The position numbers and the translations under genes were made by a program. The notes beneath the pieces were generated by a model that did not search any database, was not told the DNA's origin, and saw only the letters and a program-made list of their open reading frames with translations. From sequence record SRR20825019_163: a stretch of DNA of 55,391 bases; one strand, written 5' to 3'. This document shows, one piece after another, positions 9,446 through 19,224 of this stretch. Numbering within the stretch: position 1 is the first letter of the stretch; each line of letters starts with the position of its first letter.

Positions 9446-9848
9446 GCTCTTCCTGACCGCTGCCTTGCTCGCGCTTGCACCGGTCGTTTCCGCTGATGAC
9501 ACGGAGACGGCGCGCGCGCTTTACGAAGCCAACTGCGCCGCCTGCCACCAGTATGATGGTGGCGGCGTGCCGATGATGCAGCCCGAGCTGATCCTGAGCC
9601 CGCGCGCCAACGGCGATGTGGGAGGGGTGATTGATATGATCCTCTTGGGTAGTGCAGCGGTTGAGCCTGGGATGAGCGAATACTCCAACGAGATGCCGCC
9701 CTTTGATTATTTAACCGACGAAGATATTGCGTTGATTGCCACTTATGTCCGAACCAATTTTGAAAACGCTGGTGGTGCTGTCACTGCCGCTGATGTGGCC
9801 GACCGGCGCAAACGCGCAGGGCTTGAGCCCGCCGCTCAGCCAGAGTAA
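9432..9848 (+). CDS. Monoheme c-type cytochrome
   Basis: Signal peptide, CAACH, distal Met in EMPPF, C-terminal YVRTNFENAGGAVTAADV. Confidence 0.92.
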   Translation: MQANKLFLTAALLALAPVVSADDTETARALYEANCAACHQYDGGGVPMMQPELILSPRANGDVGGVIDMILLGSAAVEPGMSEYSNEMPPFDYLTDEDIALIATYVRTNFENAGGAVTAADVADRRKRAGLEPAAQPE

Positions 9849-11847
9849 CGAAGCGGACAGCCAAGCTGACGACAGGCCCGAGGACTGGCAGGAAATTGCT
9901 GTCGTTGAGCAGCGTCTGCCCACACATGTTGCGGGGCAATCCCGCTTACGGTTTGATGTTGGCGCGCGTGAAGGCCTCAGGCTTGATAGCCAGTTGGCTG
10001 CCCAGCCGGGCCTTACCCTTTTCCGCCGCGCCAATAGCCTGACAGCGCACCCCACAACCCAGGGCCTTGCCATGCGCGGTGTGGGTGCAAGTGCGGCTGG
10101 GCGGGTGCTGGTAACGCTTGACAGTGTTCCCATGGGCGACCCGTTTGGCGGCTGGGTTTTCTGGTCCGCCTTTGCGGCTGACGATCTGGCGGAGGTTGCT
10201 ATCTTGCCCGGTGGCAGTGCTGGTGCCTTTGGCGCGCAGGCACTTTCCGGCGCTGTTGATATTCGCAGCCGCCGTGCTGGAAGCGTGCGCCCAGCTTTTG
10301 AAGGCTGGTTTGGTGCCAATGGTAGCTTCAGCCTTAGTGGGCGCACTGGCTTTGCGCTCGGTGAGACCAACATGGCCTTAAGCGCCGGGCATTTCCAAAC
10401 CGACGGTGACTATCTGGTAAGCGCACAGGCACGTGGTCCCGCCGATGTGCCTGCGGCGTCTGAAGCCAGCCACGCGGCCCTAAAGCTTGATCATGAGTTT
10501 GGTCAGGTTTCCGCGCGCGGTACGCTGCGGTATTTCCGAGAGGAGCGCACAAACGGCCTCGCGCTCGCCACCAACAGCACGGAAGCCGTGGATGCGTCAC
10601 TCACGCTCACAGGTGTTGCGGGCGAAGGCCGGTGGGAGGTGGTGAGTTATTACCGTACCCGCACGTTTGAGAATGTTTTTTCGTCCGCGCGCGATGAGCG
10701 CAGTACAGAGATTGCCGTGCTTGACCAGTATGACGTGCCCGCATGGGGTGCGGGCATGCTCGCGCGGCTGAAGTTTGGTGGTTTTGAGCTTGGCCTTGAT
10801 GGCCGACGCATGAGCGGTGAAACCAATGAACGTTACCGTAACCTTGGTGATGGCTTCACCCGTGCCCGCACAGCGGGCGGCGACCAGTGGACGCTGGGTG
10901 CTTATGGTGAGTTGAGCCATGATGCCGACTGGGGCAGCCTGTCTGCAACCCTGCGGCTTGACCGCTGGCGCACCTATAATGGCGAACGCCTTGAGCGTGA
11001 CATTATAAGCGGTGACGTGCTGCTTGATGATATGGTGCCTGCGCGCAGCGGTTGGCAACCTTCTGCCCGGTTAGGGGCAATTGTTGCACTCACTGGTGCC
11101 ATTGATATACGAACGGCCGCTTACCGCAGCTGGCGCCTGCCAACGCTCAATGAATATTACCGCCCCTTCCGTGTGGTGAATGATATCACCGAGGCCAACC
11201 CTGACCTGATGCCGGAAAAACTATACGGCGTGGAGGTAGGTTTTGATTATGAGCCGCTGAATACCTTCAAGCTTTCTGCAACGCTCTTCCGCAACTGGTT
11301 GAAGGACGGTGTGGGCAATGTAACCATCGGTTTTGGGCCGGGTTTCTTCCCCCTGGGCGGTTTTGTGCCTGATGGCGGCGTGCTGCGCCAACGCGCGAAT
11401 ATTGATGCAAGCGTTACAGACGGTATTGAGCTTTCAGGCAAACTTGTGCTGCAGCCGGGCGTTACCTTGCGGGTGGATTATCTGTTCGCCCGTGCGCGCA
11501 TCACCCGGTTTGATGCCATGCCTGAGCTTATTGGCAAACGGCCTGTGCAAACCCCCAAACATGCGCTTACACTCGCCATGGCATATGACGCAGGCGGCCC
11601 GTTTACCCTGCAGGGTGATGCGCGTTTCACCTCGGGCCAATATGATGACGACCAGAATGAACGCCGCCTGAGCGGCATTGTGACAGTGAACCTGAGCACG
11701 GCCTATAAGGTGAACGAGACCATGAGCCTGACATTCGCAGCCGAGAATATCTTTGACGCCAAGGTGGTCTCCGCCCTTACGTCAGACGGGTTTGAGACGC
11801 TGGCGCAACGCCGCTTCTGGCGATTTGGCGTTAAGGCAGGCTTCTAG
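9745..11847 (+). CDS. TonB-dependent outer-membrane receptor
   Basis: TonB-box-like EIAVVEQR, plug motifs (AHPTTQGLAMRG, LDSVP, FGAQALSGAV), PTLNEYY, NPDLMPE, ENIFD and a C-terminal Phe. The start is uncertain and overlaps the cytochrome gene. Confidence 0.9.
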   Translation: MSEPILKTLVVLSLPLMWPTGANAQGLSPPLSQSNEADSQADDRPEDWQEIAVVEQRLPTHVAGQSRLRFDVGAREGLRLDSQLAAQPGLTLFRRANSLTAHPTTQGLAMRGVGASAAGRVLVTLDSVPMGDPFGGWVFWSAFAADDLAEVAILPGGSAGAFGAQALSGAVDIRSRRAGSVRPAFEGWFGANGSFSLSGRTGFALGETNMALSAGHFQTDGDYLVSAQARGPADVPAASEASHAALKLDHEFGQVSARGTLRYFREERTNGLALATNSTEAVDASLTLTGVAGEGRWEVVSYYRTRTFENVFSSARDERSTEIAVLDQYDVPAWGAGMLARLKFGGFELGLDGRRMSGETNERYRNLGDGFTRARTAGGDQWTLGAYGELSHDADWGSLSATLRLDRWRTYNGERLERDIISGDVLLDDMVPARSGWQPSARLGAIVALTGAIDIRTAAYRSWRLPTLNEYYRPFRVVNDITEANPDLMPEKLYGVEVGFDYEPLNTFKLSATLFRNWLKDGVGNVTIGFGPGFFPLGGFVPDGGVLRQRANIDASVTDGIELSGKLVLQPGVTLRVDYLFARARITRFDAMPELIGKRPVQTPKHALTLAMAYDAGGPFTLQGDARFTSGQYDDDQNERRLSGIVTVNLSTAYKVNETMSLTFAAENIFDAKVVSALTSDGFETLAQRRFWRFGVKAGF

Positions 11848-11944
11848 CATTTTATTGTTGCGCTTGCGGTTCCTCGACTGTATCAATCCGATATAGATAA
11901 AAAGTCTACAAAGACATTGATAACGACAGTTGAGGAGATGACCC

Positions 11945-12220
11945 ATGCGTATAAAAGACGCCATACTTGTATCTACACTTTGCCTTGGCCTTGGAGCCTG
12001 TTCGATTTCGATCGACGGGGAAGACGGGCATTATTCACCCAGCCGCCACGATTGGGACGGCGGTCGCGCCACCGTAAAACTGCCGGATGGTGACCGTGTA
12101 TCCTTCGGATGCCCGGAAGGTACCTCGCTTTTCATTCGTGACAATACGGATAAGGGCGGTGAGCTTGTTTACGGCTGCCGCACGGGTCGTGGTGCCGACG
12201 TGGATGTGAATATCGACTAG
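11945..12220 (+). CDS. Small hypothetical lipoprotein
   Basis: GAGGAG RBS, lipobox LGAC, downstream terminator. Confidence 0.8.
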   Translation: MRIKDAILVSTLCLGLGACSISIDGEDGHYSPSRHDWDGGRATVKLPDGDRVSFGCPEGTSLFIRDNTDKGGELVYGCRTGRGADVDVNID

Positions 12221-12244
12221 TAGGGCCAGCTATAGCGATGCGAG

Positions 12245-12271
12245 AGCCGGGGCAAACGCTCCGGCTTTTTT
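12245..12271 (+). terminator. Intrinsic terminator between convergent genes
   Basis: AGCCGGGGC...GCTCCGGCT followed by a T-run. Confidence 0.75.
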
Positions 12272-12273
12272 GT

Positions 12274-12316
12274 TTATATTCAGCCCGGCTTATATCCAGC
12301 CCGGCTTATATCCAGC
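12274..12316. repeat. 16-bp tandem repeat (about 2.7 copies) that includes the stop codon of the methyltransferase gene
   Basis: TTATATTCAGCCCGGC TTATATCCAGCCCGGC TTATATCCAGC. Confidence 0.85.
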
Positions 12317-12902
12317 GGCGGGTGTTTTGGCAGTAGGTGTCGAACTCAGCGCCAAAGGCGTCCCGCAGAAACGCTTCTTCAGCCTCGATCACCTTGTTCA
12401 TGAACACAAAGGTGATGATGACAGACAGGATGGTGATAGGGCCGGGGATGACAACCACACCGCCGATCACAAACAGCATGATGCCTAGGTAAATTGGGTT
12501 GCGGGAAAATCGGTAGAGGCCGGTTGTGACAAGGCTTTGGCTTGTCTCTATCTCACGAGGGACACCAATGCGCCAGGCTTTGCCCATGCCCATTTGGCTG
12601 AGCGCTGCGATGCCCACACCAACGGCCATGATGGGTACGCCAAAATGCCCGATGGGTGTGTGTCCCGCCATGGCGTAGCCGTCCAGCGCAGGTACAAAGG
12701 GCCGGAGGAGGAGATAGAGGTCAAGTATGATAGCAACCACACCCAGCACCAGTTCCGGCCCGCTGCGCTCGCGCCCGATGAAAGCCAGCACGCTCACCCC
12801 CTCCGCCTTGCTGAGATATGCGATGCGCGCGAAACCCCACGCCAGCGCCAGCACGATCAGTGCTGCCGGGCCATATAGTGCGATCATATCGTATTTGGAC
12901 AA
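12306..12902 (-). CDS. Isoprenylcysteine carboxylmethyltransferase/PEMT-family membrane protein
   Basis: MGKAWRIG, LVTTGLYRFSRNPIYLG, EEAFL...FG..F..Y...TRRW. Confidence 0.9.
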   Translation of the reverse strand: MSKYDMIALYGPAALIVLALAWGFARIAYLSKAEGVSVLAFIGRERSGPELVLGVVAIILDLYLLLRPFVPALDGYAMAGHTPIGHFGVPIMAVGVGIAALSQMGMGKAWRIGVPREIETSQSLVTTGLYRFSRNPIYLGIMLFVIGGVVVIPGPITILSVIITFVFMNKVIEAEEAFLRDAFGAEFDTYCQNTRRWI

Positions 12903-12987
12903 TGTACCTTCCCCTCAAGCCTGAGTTTACCTGATATAGCTAGAGCGTAAAGCCTGTAGCCACTACAGGCTCAAGAGGAAAATTCAG

Positions 12988-14235
12988 CTAGTCGCCCATG
13001 GCAAGCTGTGTGCCTTCAGCTTCACCGCCGATGGCGGCTGAAATTGCCTGAAACGCGGTGATGATCATATCCATATGCAGTTTGTTTGCGGGGTCGTTAT
13101 AGCCTTTGTTCGCGCTGGTCTTGGCGATCACGATACCTGTTGTGGGGTCTATATAAATATACTGGCTGTAGATACCCGCGGCCATGAAGTCCCCATGCGG
13201 GTTCGAAGGTGTCCACCACTGGTAACCATAGCCGTATGGTGTATCTGAATCAGCGTTATCAAAACCCGGCATCAGGTGCGGTGCATTCGGGGTGACGGAA
13301 GCCTTGACCCAGTCAGCGGGCACGATTTGGTTGCCATCCCAATTGCCTTCATTGAGATACAGGCGGCCCATGCGCGCCATATCGCGCAGGGATGCCTGCA
13401 AGCCGCCCATGGCGACTTCCATGCCGTGACCGTCGATCAGGAAATAGGCGTCATGCTCCATGCCCAGCGGTTGCCATAGTTGCTCCTCGAGGAGGGCGGT
13501 GAGCGTTTTACCGGTTACGCGGGTCAGCACCATGCCAAGCACATGGGTGTTGACGCTGACATAGTCGTTAAACGTGCCGGGCTCGCGTTCACGCTCATGG
13601 CTGGTGGCATAGTCGTTGAGGCTGCCGCCGGTGCCAATAACCATGGACATGCGGTTCACATCTGAGGTGAGGTCGCCGTAATCTTCCGTGAAGCGCACGC
13701 CGGAAGACATGGTCAGGATATCCTTGAGGGTCACACCCTGATATGACGTGCCAACCATCTCGGGCAGGTATTTCTCCACCCGGTCGTCAATGCTGGTGAT
13801 CTGGCCTTTTTCAAGCGCGATGCCAAAAAGGGCAGAGATAAAGCTTTTGGTGACGGAGAACTGGATGTGCCGGTCGTCTGCCGCCTCGCCCTGATAATAT
13901 TCTTCAAAAAGGATGGTGTCATCCTTGGCCACCAGAAGACCTGTGGTGCCGGTGACTTCCATCAACTGTGAGATCGAGCGTTCTTCGCCGTCATATACAT
14001 AGGTGTCGGGGATGTCGCGCTTGGCGTAGGTGAACTGCCACGGTGTACCGCTCGCGTGCACGGTGGTGGTGTTGAAGAAATCCTTCGTGCGACGGTAATT
14101 TTCCGTGATGTGCTCAAGGTCATAGTATGACGCCATGCGGCTGAAAGCAGAGCCGATGGTGAAACCATAATAGGCCAGCGGCACAGCGGCGATGATCACG
14201 ATTGCCCAGATGGCCCGTTTGGTTGTTTTGGTCAT
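12988..14235 (-). CDS. Membrane-anchored serine hydrolase, 6-aminohexanoate-dimer hydrolase/class C beta-lactamase family
   Basis: N-terminal TM segment, FSVTKS, LTMSSGV, DMARMG, YGYQWW. Confidence 0.9.
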   Translation of the reverse strand: MTKTTKRAIWAIVIIAAVPLAYYGFTIGSAFSRMASYYDLEHITENYRRTKDFFNTTTVHASGTPWQFTYAKRDIPDTYVYDGEERSISQLMEVTGTTGLLVAKDDTILFEEYYQGEAADDRHIQFSVTKSFISALFGIALEKGQITSIDDRVEKYLPEMVGTSYQGVTLKDILTMSSGVRFTEDYGDLTSDVNRMSMVIGTGGSLNDYATSHEREREPGTFNDYVSVNTHVLGMVLTRVTGKTLTALLEEQLWQPLGMEHDAYFLIDGHGMEVAMGGLQASLRDMARMGRLYLNEGNWDGNQIVPADWVKASVTPNAPHLMPGFDNADSDTPYGYGYQWWTPSNPHGDFMAAGIYSQYIYIDPTTGIVIAKTSANKGYNDPANKLHMDMIITAFQAISAAIGGEAEGTQLAMGD

Positions 14236-14346
14236 GGTGTTCCTCGCTCAACGGTATTTTGATGTTTGTTCCGGCAATTGTTAGCGCAGCCTTGTGCGTA
14301 AATCTGCCTCGAAAAATTTTAGGCGGGCCACTCCGGTGGTAGCGTG

Positions 14347-15270
14347 TCAGGCTGCGGCGTTGAGTTTAAGCACGTCCCAGTAGCCGCGGCGAATTTCCAT
14401 TTCATCGCCAAAGCCCTTCTCAAGCATGATGCGGTGCACTTTCCTAAGCCGCCAGCACGGCACATACGGCAGCATATGATGCTCAATATGATAGTTCACA
14501 TAATAGGGAGCGAAGGTCATGCGTTCCCATATATTCACAAGAGTGGTGCGGCTATTTTTGAGCGGATGCTTGAGGTCAGGCATGGTGGAATGTTCTGCGA
14601 TGTTGCGCACCCGCAGGAAAAGCTGCTGGGTGGTCATCATAGGAACAAGCCAGCACAGCAGGAACAACTCTAGCCGCCCGGCCAGCGCGAACCCGGTGAT
14701 GAAAAGCGCGTAGAAGATAATGGGGCCGAGGTAGAAAGCTTTCAGCCGTGCCATGCGTCTGGCGCGTTCACCGCGTACAAAGCGGAAAATGCCGATGTGA
14801 GTGCGGATGAAAACAATGCCGGTGAGGTCCCTCAGCACCTTCCGCACCATGCTTTCTTTCGTGATGGGGAAGGGAGTGTAGAGATAGTTTTCCGGGTCAT
14901 CTTCAGTGCGGGTAAAGCGGTGGTGTGCCATATGGCGCTTGCGGTAACTTTCCATGCGCAGGATCATTGGCCAGGCCGCAAACCAGCTGGTAAGATTTTC
15001 ATTGAGCCAGCGGGATTTAAACAGCATGCCGTGGCTGCCTTCATGCATCAGGATAGCAAGCCCAAGTTGCCTGCTGCCAACAAGGATGGCGGCAATAAGG
15101 AAGGTGATAACGCCGGGGTAAAAAACATAAAGCGCCATGGCGCCCGCAATCACGCCCCAGCAATGCAGCAACAGCCAGAAGCCCATAACATCAGAGCGCT
15201 GCCTGAGGTCATGCGACTGTTGTTTTGTCAAAATATCGGACGGTTTGATGCTTTGCCACTGTGTCGACAT
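14347..15270 (-). CDS. Membrane fatty-acid desaturase-family protein
   Basis: His boxes HEGSH, HMAHH, RNIAEH and YHIEHH. Start set at the ATG at 15270 after a purine-rich RBS. Confidence 0.9.
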   Translation of the reverse strand: MSTQWQSIKPSDILTKQQSHDLRQRSDVMGFWLLLHCWGVIAGAMALYVFYPGVITFLIAAILVGSRQLGLAILMHEGSHGMLFKSRWLNENLTSWFAAWPMILRMESYRKRHMAHHRFTRTEDDPENYLYTPFPITKESMVRKVLRDLTGIVFIRTHIGIFRFVRGERARRMARLKAFYLGPIIFYALFITGFALAGRLELFLLCWLVPMMTTQQLFLRVRNIAEHSTMPDLKHPLKNSRTTLVNIWERMTFAPYYVNYHIEHHMLPYVPCWRLRKVHRIMLEKGFGDEMEIRRGYWDVLKLNAAA

Positions 15271-15446
15271 GGTGTTCTCTCTTCCCCCAGCCCGGTATTC
15301 TAGCATATTATTGACGTCTGTAATTACTGGAATGCCGGGTCCATGAATTTGATGTAGAATGATTGCCGGGGGTTTCAAATAGCGCGCTTGCGAAACACCT
15401 GAACATATGGGGTGGGATTTGTGTTTCAGCGGGCGCTTGGTAGAAT

Positions 15447-17369
15447 GTGGATATGGTTTCGGTTTTGGGTCAACTGAGGAAGGTTAGCGCTGCTTTTATG
15501 GCAGTTTTGCTTTGGTGCCTTCTTGTACCCTCCGCGTATGGATTCTCGCTCGCGCAAAAAGAGCTGCTGGACCGCCTCGTGCAGGTGCCGTATCTGGCGG
15601 CGCTCTCCCTCTCGACAGACGGGCACTATCTTTCTGCACTTCGCCGGTTGGGTGACGGGGCGGAGCTTATTGTGTGGCATGCCGATGGTGGGCCGGATAG
15701 TGCCGAAGTGCTGCCTTACCGCTATGAAGACCTGAGCTGGATTTCATGGGTGGGCAACGGGCGGCTTCTTATCTCGCTCAATGAGCAGGGCCTTGTTCTC
15801 TATGACGCCCACATCCGCCGCCTCAGGCCCCTTATCGATGGGAAAGGTCCGCGACCAGACCAGCTTCCGCCGGTGCTTTTGAGCGCGCTACCCGACGACC
15901 CGACCAAGATACTGCTGCAATGGGAAGATGCGGGCGTGCCCGGTTTCCCGGCTGTTTACCGGGTTGATGCCATCACGGGTGAAAGTGAAAAGATCGTTAG
16001 TGGTTGGGCGCCTGTGGTGCGCTGGTGGGCGTCGCCTGAAGGTGAGGTCCACCTGGGTGAGGGGTTTGACGGCAGGCGCCAGCGCCTTTATGGCCGCACA
16101 GCAAATGGCGCGTGGCAGCGCATCAGCGACGAGGACTTTTTCAGCGGTGACGTTCGCTCCGTGCTCGCGGTTGAAACGGGCGGCGCGACGGCGCTTGTGC
16201 TTTCCGCCCACGATAGCGATACCCGGGGGCTTTGGCGCATGGATACAAAAGACGGTGCTTTGATCCGCAAACTTGCGGGGCATAAGCGGTTTGACATCAC
16301 CTCTGCCATCATCGACCCGGTTACTGCCATCGCGGTTGGCGCGTCCTATATGGCGGACGAAACACAAGACATGATATGGCAAGACGCCTACCGCATGAAA
16401 CTTGAGGACGCGAGCCTTCAGGCGCAAGCCGATAACCTTACGCTCGTTTCCGCCAGCTATGACGGCAGGCGCATGCTGTATCGGCAGAAGCTCAAATATG
16501 CGCCGTCCCGCTACTATCTCTATGACGCTGAACAGACCAGCCTCACTGCCCTGCCTTTTGAAGCAGAGGACGAGGCTTTACCAAAACCGTCTACCCGTGG
16601 TGTGTGGATACCGCTGCCTAAACGGCGGGGGAATATGCATGCGCTCCTCAGCACACCTGAGGGCGGGGCAACGGGCCGTGCGGTTGTGCTCATTCATGGC
16701 GGGCCGGTCAAGCGGGTAACAGACAGCTATTCACCGATCGTGAGCTGGCTAACCGCCAACGGGTATAGCGTGCTGCAACCCAACTTCCGGGGCTCAAGCG
16801 GGTTTGGTATGGCGTGGCAGCGCGCGGGCTACACCGAGTGGGGCCGCGACATGCAGGACGATGTGCGTACCTCGCTTGAATGGCTGGTGGAGATGGAGAT
16901 CGCAGCACCGCAGCGAATCTGTGCCGTTGGTGGTTCTTATGGGGGATACGCATCCCTGATGTCTGCGATCAAGGATGATGACCTGATCGCCTGCGCAGTT
17001 AGCTTGAACGGTGTGACCTCTCTGCCACTGCTGGTGAACTATCTTGAAACCCGCCGTTTCCATGACCTCACGGTGCCGCGAATCAAAGGGCGTCTTTCAG
17101 ATTATGCGCTGAGGCGGCGGTCACCCTTGAACCGGGCAGACCTTGTGCGGGTGCCGGTTTTGCTGTTGCACGCAACAGAAGATGCCAACGTGCCTTATAT
17201 TCATGGGCAGTTGATGACAAGGGCGCTGAAAAATTTGGATAAACCCCATAACTTCATTGTGCTTGAAGGGGCGGAACACCAGCTGAGACGCGCGAGTGAT
17301 AAGCGCACTTATTATGGCAGCATGCTCAATTTCCTCGACACTCACATCGGTTTGCGCGCGCTGAAGTGA
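15447..17369 (+). CDS. Secreted S9-family (prolyl oligopeptidase/acylaminoacyl) peptidase
   Basis: HGGP, PNFRGSSGFG, GGSYGG, Asp in HATED and His in GAEH. The start may lie slightly downstream. Confidence 0.9.
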   Translation: MDMVSVLGQLRKVSAAFMAVLLWCLLVPSAYGFSLAQKELLDRLVQVPYLAALSLSTDGHYLSALRRLGDGAELIVWHADGGPDSAEVLPYRYEDLSWISWVGNGRLLISLNEQGLVLYDAHIRRLRPLIDGKGPRPDQLPPVLLSALPDDPTKILLQWEDAGVPGFPAVYRVDAITGESEKIVSGWAPVVRWWASPEGEVHLGEGFDGRRQRLYGRTANGAWQRISDEDFFSGDVRSVLAVETGGATALVLSAHDSDTRGLWRMDTKDGALIRKLAGHKRFDITSAIIDPVTAIAVGASYMADETQDMIWQDAYRMKLEDASLQAQADNLTLVSASYDGRRMLYRQKLKYAPSRYYLYDAEQTSLTALPFEAEDEALPKPSTRGVWIPLPKRRGNMHALLSTPEGGATGRAVVLIHGGPVKRVTDSYSPIVSWLTANGYSVLQPNFRGSSGFGMAWQRAGYTEWGRDMQDDVRTSLEWLVEMEIAAPQRICAVGGSYGGYASLMSAIKDDDLIACAVSLNGVTSLPLLVNYLETRRFHDLTVPRIKGRLSDYALRRRSPLNRADLVRVPVLLLHATEDANVPYIHGQLMTRALKNLDKPHNFIVLEGAEHQLRRASDKRTYYGSMLNFLDTHIGLRALK

Positions 17370-17601
17370 TGCCATCTCAAGGCTCACTAGACAGCGATGT
17401 CATCGGCTCTGCTTCAGCAGTTATTCTGGCTTGGCGGGCATGCAGGGCATATGAAAATGGCGTGTTTTCCCCAATTTTTCTTTCTCCCAATCCCAATTTA
17501 TGGTTTTTAGAATGCTGTGCCCATCATAAGGGCACACTGGGGAGAGGTCGCTGACTTAAAAAAAGCAAAAAGCGGCCCTGTACATAATATAAGGGGTGAA
17601 G

Positions 17602-19146
17602 ATGTCCGACACAGTCGTTTCGACCGAAGGGTCGCAGGAGCGCGAGCTTCTTGGCCACCCGATCGGGTTGGTGGTATGCTTTCTGACAGAAATGTGGGAG
17701 CGATTCTCCTACTATGGCATGCGCACAATCCTTGTGCTTTATCTGGTGAAATATCACCTTTTCAGCGCTGAAAAAGCCAGCATGATCTACGGGGCCTATG
17801 CAGGCCTTGTTTACATGATGCCAATCATTGGTGGCTATATGGCCGACCGGTACCTTGGCAGCCGCAAGGCAGTAACCTATGGCGCCATATTGCTGGTGCT
17901 TGGGCACGGTTTGATGGGCTTCCATGGTCCCGCCGCCTTCATGGACGGTGAAACCGTCGTCAGGAATGATTTTTACCTGAACCTGTTCTTCCTCGCACTC
18001 GCGCTGATTATTGCAGGTGTTGGCTTCCTTAAAGCCAATATTTCCACCATTGTTGGTGCACTTTATGGCCCGAATGACCCACGCCGGGACGGGGGTTTCT
18101 CCATCTTTTATATGGGCATCAACGTGGGCTCGCTTCTCTCAACCGCGCTTGTTGGTTATGTAGGCGAGACGTACGGCTGGAACTACGGCTTTGGTCTCGC
18201 GGGCATTGGTATGCTGTTCGGCCTTCTGGTGTTCCTTTGGGGGCAGCGCCTTCTTGACGGTCGCGCCGAGCCGCCAAACCCGGCCGAGCTAAAGGAAAAG
18301 TCACCCATCGGCCTTAACAAGGAATACACCATCTATCTGGGTGGTATTCTCATGGTTATCGCTAGCTGGATCCTGATGCAGTACCAGACCTTTGTTGGTC
18401 AACTGCTCGGCTTTTCCGGTTTTATCATGATCGGTATTATCCTTTTCTACGCCTTTACCAAATGCACGAAGGTGGAGCGGGACCGATTGATGGTCGCGTG
18501 TTTCCTGATCGCTATCCAGTCTGTTTTCTGGGCACTGTTTGAGCAGCAGGCGGCAAGCCTGACGCTTCTGGCGGACCAGCAGTTCAACCTCGACGTGCTG
18601 GGCATGAATGTGCTTGCGAGCCAGGTACAGCTGATGAACCCGCTGTTTATTGTGCTCTTGGCACCTGTAATGGCGTGGCTTTGGGTGGCGCTTGCCAAAA
18701 AGAATGTGGAGCCCTCAACTCCGGCTAAGTTTGGTATTGCCATGCTGCTGATCGGCCTTGGTTATATTGTCTTCTCATGGGGCATGAGCCTTGACGACAG
18801 CGCGAGCAAAAGCTTCCTGTGGCTTGCGTTCATTTACCTGTCGCTCACATTGGCTGAGCTGTGTCTGAGCCCGGTTGGTCTTTCAATGGTCACCAAGCTG
18901 AGCGTTGCCAAAATTGTTGGCATGCTGATGGGGACATGGTTCCTGTTCACAGCCCTTGGCAACTATGTGGCAGGCTGGATCAGCTCCCTCACCGGTAGCG
19001 GTGGTCACGGCGCTGATTCTGGTACGCTGGATATTCTGGCTACCATCGATGTTTATACGACCATCGGGTATCTGAGCGGCGGCGTGGGGATATTCATCCT
19101 CATCCTCACACCATTGCTGCGTAAAGGCATGCACGGCGTTCACTAG
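17602..19146 (+). CDS. POT/PTR-family di/tripeptide:H+ symporter
   Basis: EMWERFSYYGM, GGYMADRYLG, FYMGINVG, ELCLSPVGLS. Confidence 0.95.
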   Translation: MSDTVVSTEGSQERELLGHPIGLVVCFLTEMWERFSYYGMRTILVLYLVKYHLFSAEKASMIYGAYAGLVYMMPIIGGYMADRYLGSRKAVTYGAILLVLGHGLMGFHGPAAFMDGETVVRNDFYLNLFFLALALIIAGVGFLKANISTIVGALYGPNDPRRDGGFSIFYMGINVGSLLSTALVGYVGETYGWNYGFGLAGIGMLFGLLVFLWGQRLLDGRAEPPNPAELKEKSPIGLNKEYTIYLGGILMVIASWILMQYQTFVGQLLGFSGFIMIGIILFYAFTKCTKVERDRLMVACFLIAIQSVFWALFEQQAASLTLLADQQFNLDVLGMNVLASQVQLMNPLFIVLLAPVMAWLWVALAKKNVEPSTPAKFGIAMLLIGLGYIVFSWGMSLDDSASKSFLWLAFIYLSLTLAELCLSPVGLSMVTKLSVAKIVGMLMGTWFLFTALGNYVAGWISSLTGSGGHGADSGTLDILATIDVYTTIGYLSGGVGIFILILTPLLRKGMHGVH

Positions 19147-19170
19147 GCTTGAATGCCAGCACCAAAAAAC

Positions 19171-19200
19171 AAGGCCCTGCGGTTTTCTGCGGGGCCTTTT
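19171..19200 (+). terminator. Intrinsic, probably bidirectional, terminator
   Basis: AAGGCCCTGCGG-TTTT-CTGCGGGGCCTTTT. Confidence 0.8.
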
Positions 19201-19224
19201 CTTATGGGTTTTGGCTGGCGGGGC

